Shown here piece after piece: positions 61,920 to 64,000 of a DNA stretch of 64,000 bases. The stretch is taken from positions 20,761-84,760 of the forward strand of contig CAZHMK010000005.1 in NCBI GenBank assembly GCA_964533615.1. The letters run 5' to 3'. Below the pieces are notes generated by a model. That model had not been told where the DNA came from. It did not search any database and saw only the letters and a list, made by a program, of their open reading frames with translations. Positions within the stretch are counted from its first letter, which is position 1. Each line of letters starts with the position of its first letter. The stretch comes from an uncultured Eubacteriaceae bacterium. GTDB taxonomy: Bacteria > Bacillota > Clostridia > Eubacteriales > UBA1433. A program made the position numbers and the translations under genes.

Positions 61920-63383
61920 TCAGCTTTTTACACGTCTCAGGTAAAGTTTTATATCATATTTATCATATAGACTATCTATATAAATATCATGAACATTTTT
62001 GATTTCTTTCGGAAGCTTTACCTTTACTTTTTTAAGCAGTTTTGCTTCTTTATCCGAGAGCTCGGAATCTTTATAATTGGAAATGAGCGTTTCGGTGATT
62101 TCTGCTTTTGCGTCTTCCAACGTTGGAGCCGCATATGCGTAGATAACGTGGTATCCATATTCCGACTTAACAGGATCGCTCACTGCTCCTGCTGAAAGCG
62201 CGAAAGCGCCTTCCGTGAATTCTTCGACCATTGTGTCGGTATCAAAACGTCCAAGGTCGGATGCCTCAAGCACATAGTCTTTATCCTGGTATTCTTCCAT
62301 CAATGTGTCAAAATCTTCTCCGGCCTGCGCTTTATCTGCACATTCCTGCGCTTCTTCTAAGTTATCCTCAGAAAACAGGATATGCTTTGCGTACATGGTT
62401 TTGCCTTCTTTGGTGGCGTAATTTTCATCATAATAAGATTGTATTTCTTTATCGGTTGGCGTGTAATCTTCTATTTCTTCTTCGAAAGCAGCTGTGATTT
62501 TATCTTGCGCTACGAGCATTTTGGCATATTCCGTTGAATAAGTCTGCCAGTTTTCATAAGATATAAACTGCTCTTCCAAAAATTCTTTTTTACTGTCTTC
62601 GTCTGCGGCAAACATATTCAAATATGCATTGACTTCTTCTAATTTTGCATTGATTTCATCATCCGTGATTTCGATTTCTTCATTAACGGCTTCATTGTAG
62701 TAGACTTCAGTTTGTGCATAGTTCTCAATGATATTGGTATAATAGGTCTGAAATTCATCGTCTGTCTCAGGGCTGTCGGAGCCTGACATATAAGTATCGA
62801 TGACCTGGTTCATTAAATAATACAGGAACTTATTCATTGTCAGCGGTTCGCCGTTTACTTTGGCAACTTCATAGTTTTGAAAATCTTCCTCTTCGGAGAT
62901 GATGGAATAAAAATCATCTTCAAGAGCGGTTACATAGGATAACTTCATATAGAAATCTTCCAAAAAAGCTGTGAAATCTTCTTCGGTGGTATCAAACTGA
63001 CTATAAAAAGAATCCATGTCCTCAACGCCGGCAGCATCGGTGATATAACTTAAAGCATAATCTACATTTTCCTGCCAAACAGAGTCTTCCACTTCGTATC
63101 CGCGATCAATTGCGTCCAGATATTCTGCGTTTACTTCAGCGAGCTCCGTGAGCATGCTTTGTCTGAACTCAACCAGTTCATCATCGGTCGGCATTGAGGC
63201 GTTGTTGATGCTATAGACAATTTCATAATATTTAAAATAATCATTAAAAGTTGATTTTAAAATATCCGTATCATTTACGACGGCAACAACACGAGCGGCA
63301 TCTTTTTCTTCGTTGACTTGTGCGCACGAAGTAAAGCTTATAAGCAGAGAGAGGGCTACAAGCAACGTCAAAAATTTTTTCAT
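61920..63383 (-). CDS. PrsA-like peptidyl-prolyl isomerase / foldase lipoprotein
   Basis: Lipobox FTSC; two VAxVN SurA-N-like starts; parvulin AKHIL..DLGRF..MVEEF..PVKSEYGYHVI; canonical position after mfd. Confidence 0.85.
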   Translation of the reverse strand: MKKFLTLLVALSLLISFTSCAQVNEEKDAARVVAVVNDTDILKSTFNDYFKYYEIVYSINNASMPTDDELVEFRQSMLTELAEVNAEYLDAIDRGYEVEDSVWQENVDYALSYITDAAGVEDMDSFYSQFDTTEEDFTAFLEDFYMKLSYVTALEDDFYSIISEEEDFQNYEVAKVNGEPLTMNKFLYYLMNQVIDTYMSGSDSPETDDEFQTYYTNIIENYAQTEVYYNEAVNEEIEITDDEINAKLEEVNAYLNMFAADEDSKKEFLEEQFISYENWQTYSTEYAKMLVAQDKITAAFEEEIEDYTPTDKEIQSYYDENYATKEGKTMYAKHILFSEDNLEEAQECADKAQAGEDFDTLMEEYQDKDYVLEASDLGRFDTDTMVEEFTEGAFALSAGAVSDPVKSEYGYHVIYAYAAPTLEDAKAEITETLISNYKDSELSDKEAKLLKKVKVKLPKEIKNVHDIYIDSLYDKYDIKLYLRRVKS

Positions 63384-63426
63384 ATATCAATTTCCTTTCA
63401 ATAGCTTAATAGTTCTATTATAATCT

Positions 63427-64000
63427 TTAATTGTGAATTTTCAATGAAGATATTTTATCTAAAATCTTTTTTACATATTCTATCGAAGAGAGATAGGAGG
63501 TGTTGTTAAAATGAAGTTCATTGACTTGTTTTTTTGTTGTGATGACTTTAAAACTGCATGTTTTATATAGTTCTTGCAAAACAGTTGTATCAAATGTAGC
63601 CAAAGGAATCATTTTAATAATATTTTTCTCTTGTTTTATCTTTTCTATGCCCAGGTTTTGCGCTTGATTGCGGATGTAGCCGATTTGCAGCAGATTTTCG
63701 GTCGCATAAGGCAATTTTCCATATCTGTCAACGAGAGCTTCCCGCAAAGAGGATATTTGCTGTGGTGTGGCAAGCAGTGCGATATCCCTGTAGAGCTCCA
63801 TTCTTTGTGTGGAAGAGCTGACGTAATGCTCCGGCACATATGCATTGACATGCAAGTCAATTTCTGAGTAAGTGATTTCCTGCGGCTCAATACCCTTGGC
63901 TTCGCTGAGTACTTCTTTTAAGATTCTTGAATACATTTCATAACCGACATCGCCGAAATGACCGCTTTGACTGAGGCCGAGGATATTGCCGGCGCCGCGG
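63427..64000 (-). CDS. mfd: Transcription-repair coupling factor, C-terminal part (begins outside the window)
   Basis: RGAGNILG.SQSGH...VGYEMY at the window edge, then TRCF domain AYVPEHYV...RMELYR...LVDRYG.LP. Confidence 0.93.
   Translation of the reverse strand, partial: RGAGNILGLSQSGHFGDVGYEMYSRILKEVLSEAKGIEPQEITYSEIDLHVNAYVPEHYVSSSTQRMELYRDIALLATPQQISSLREALVDRYGKLPYATENLLQIGYIRNQAQNLGIEKIKQEKNIIKMIPLATFDTTVLQELYKTCSFKVITTKKQVNELHFNNTSYLSSIEYVKKILDKISSLKIHN

Overview
Replication-origin region of a low-GC, spore-forming Clostridia-type (Bacillota) chromosome. It holds a bipartite oriC around dnaA (DnaA boxes plus DnaA-trios), dnaA-dnaN-recF-gyrB-gyrA on the minus strand and rpmH-rnpA-yidD-yidC-jag ... 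mnmE-mnmG-noc on the plus strand. The parAB ... rpsF-ssb-rpsR-rplI-dnaB-purA block has been separated from noc and now lies on the other side of oriC, pointing towards it. Also present: addBA, nfo/ung, sporulation genes (spmAB, sipL-like), a T-box-controlled type-2 ileS, a K+ channel pseudogene, a prsA-like gene and the 3' end of mfd. No rRNA, tRNA, CRISPR array or intact mobile element is visible. The most novel-looking items are largely missing from the ORF track: (1) a tandem pair of paralogous Cys-rich microproteins at 33.3-33.8 kb, each with its own near-identical sigmaK-like promoter, RBS and terminator; (2) a 19-codon leader peptide with competing SD/anti-SD sequences in front of an accessory rsgA; (3) a 53-aa N/Q/S-rich microprotein at 18.9 kb. 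Other points are four Noc-binding-site-like palindromes, two perfect parS sites in the parAB upstream region and an IleRS2 with a GIHH signature. All assignments come from motif recognition by eye; no database searches were run.
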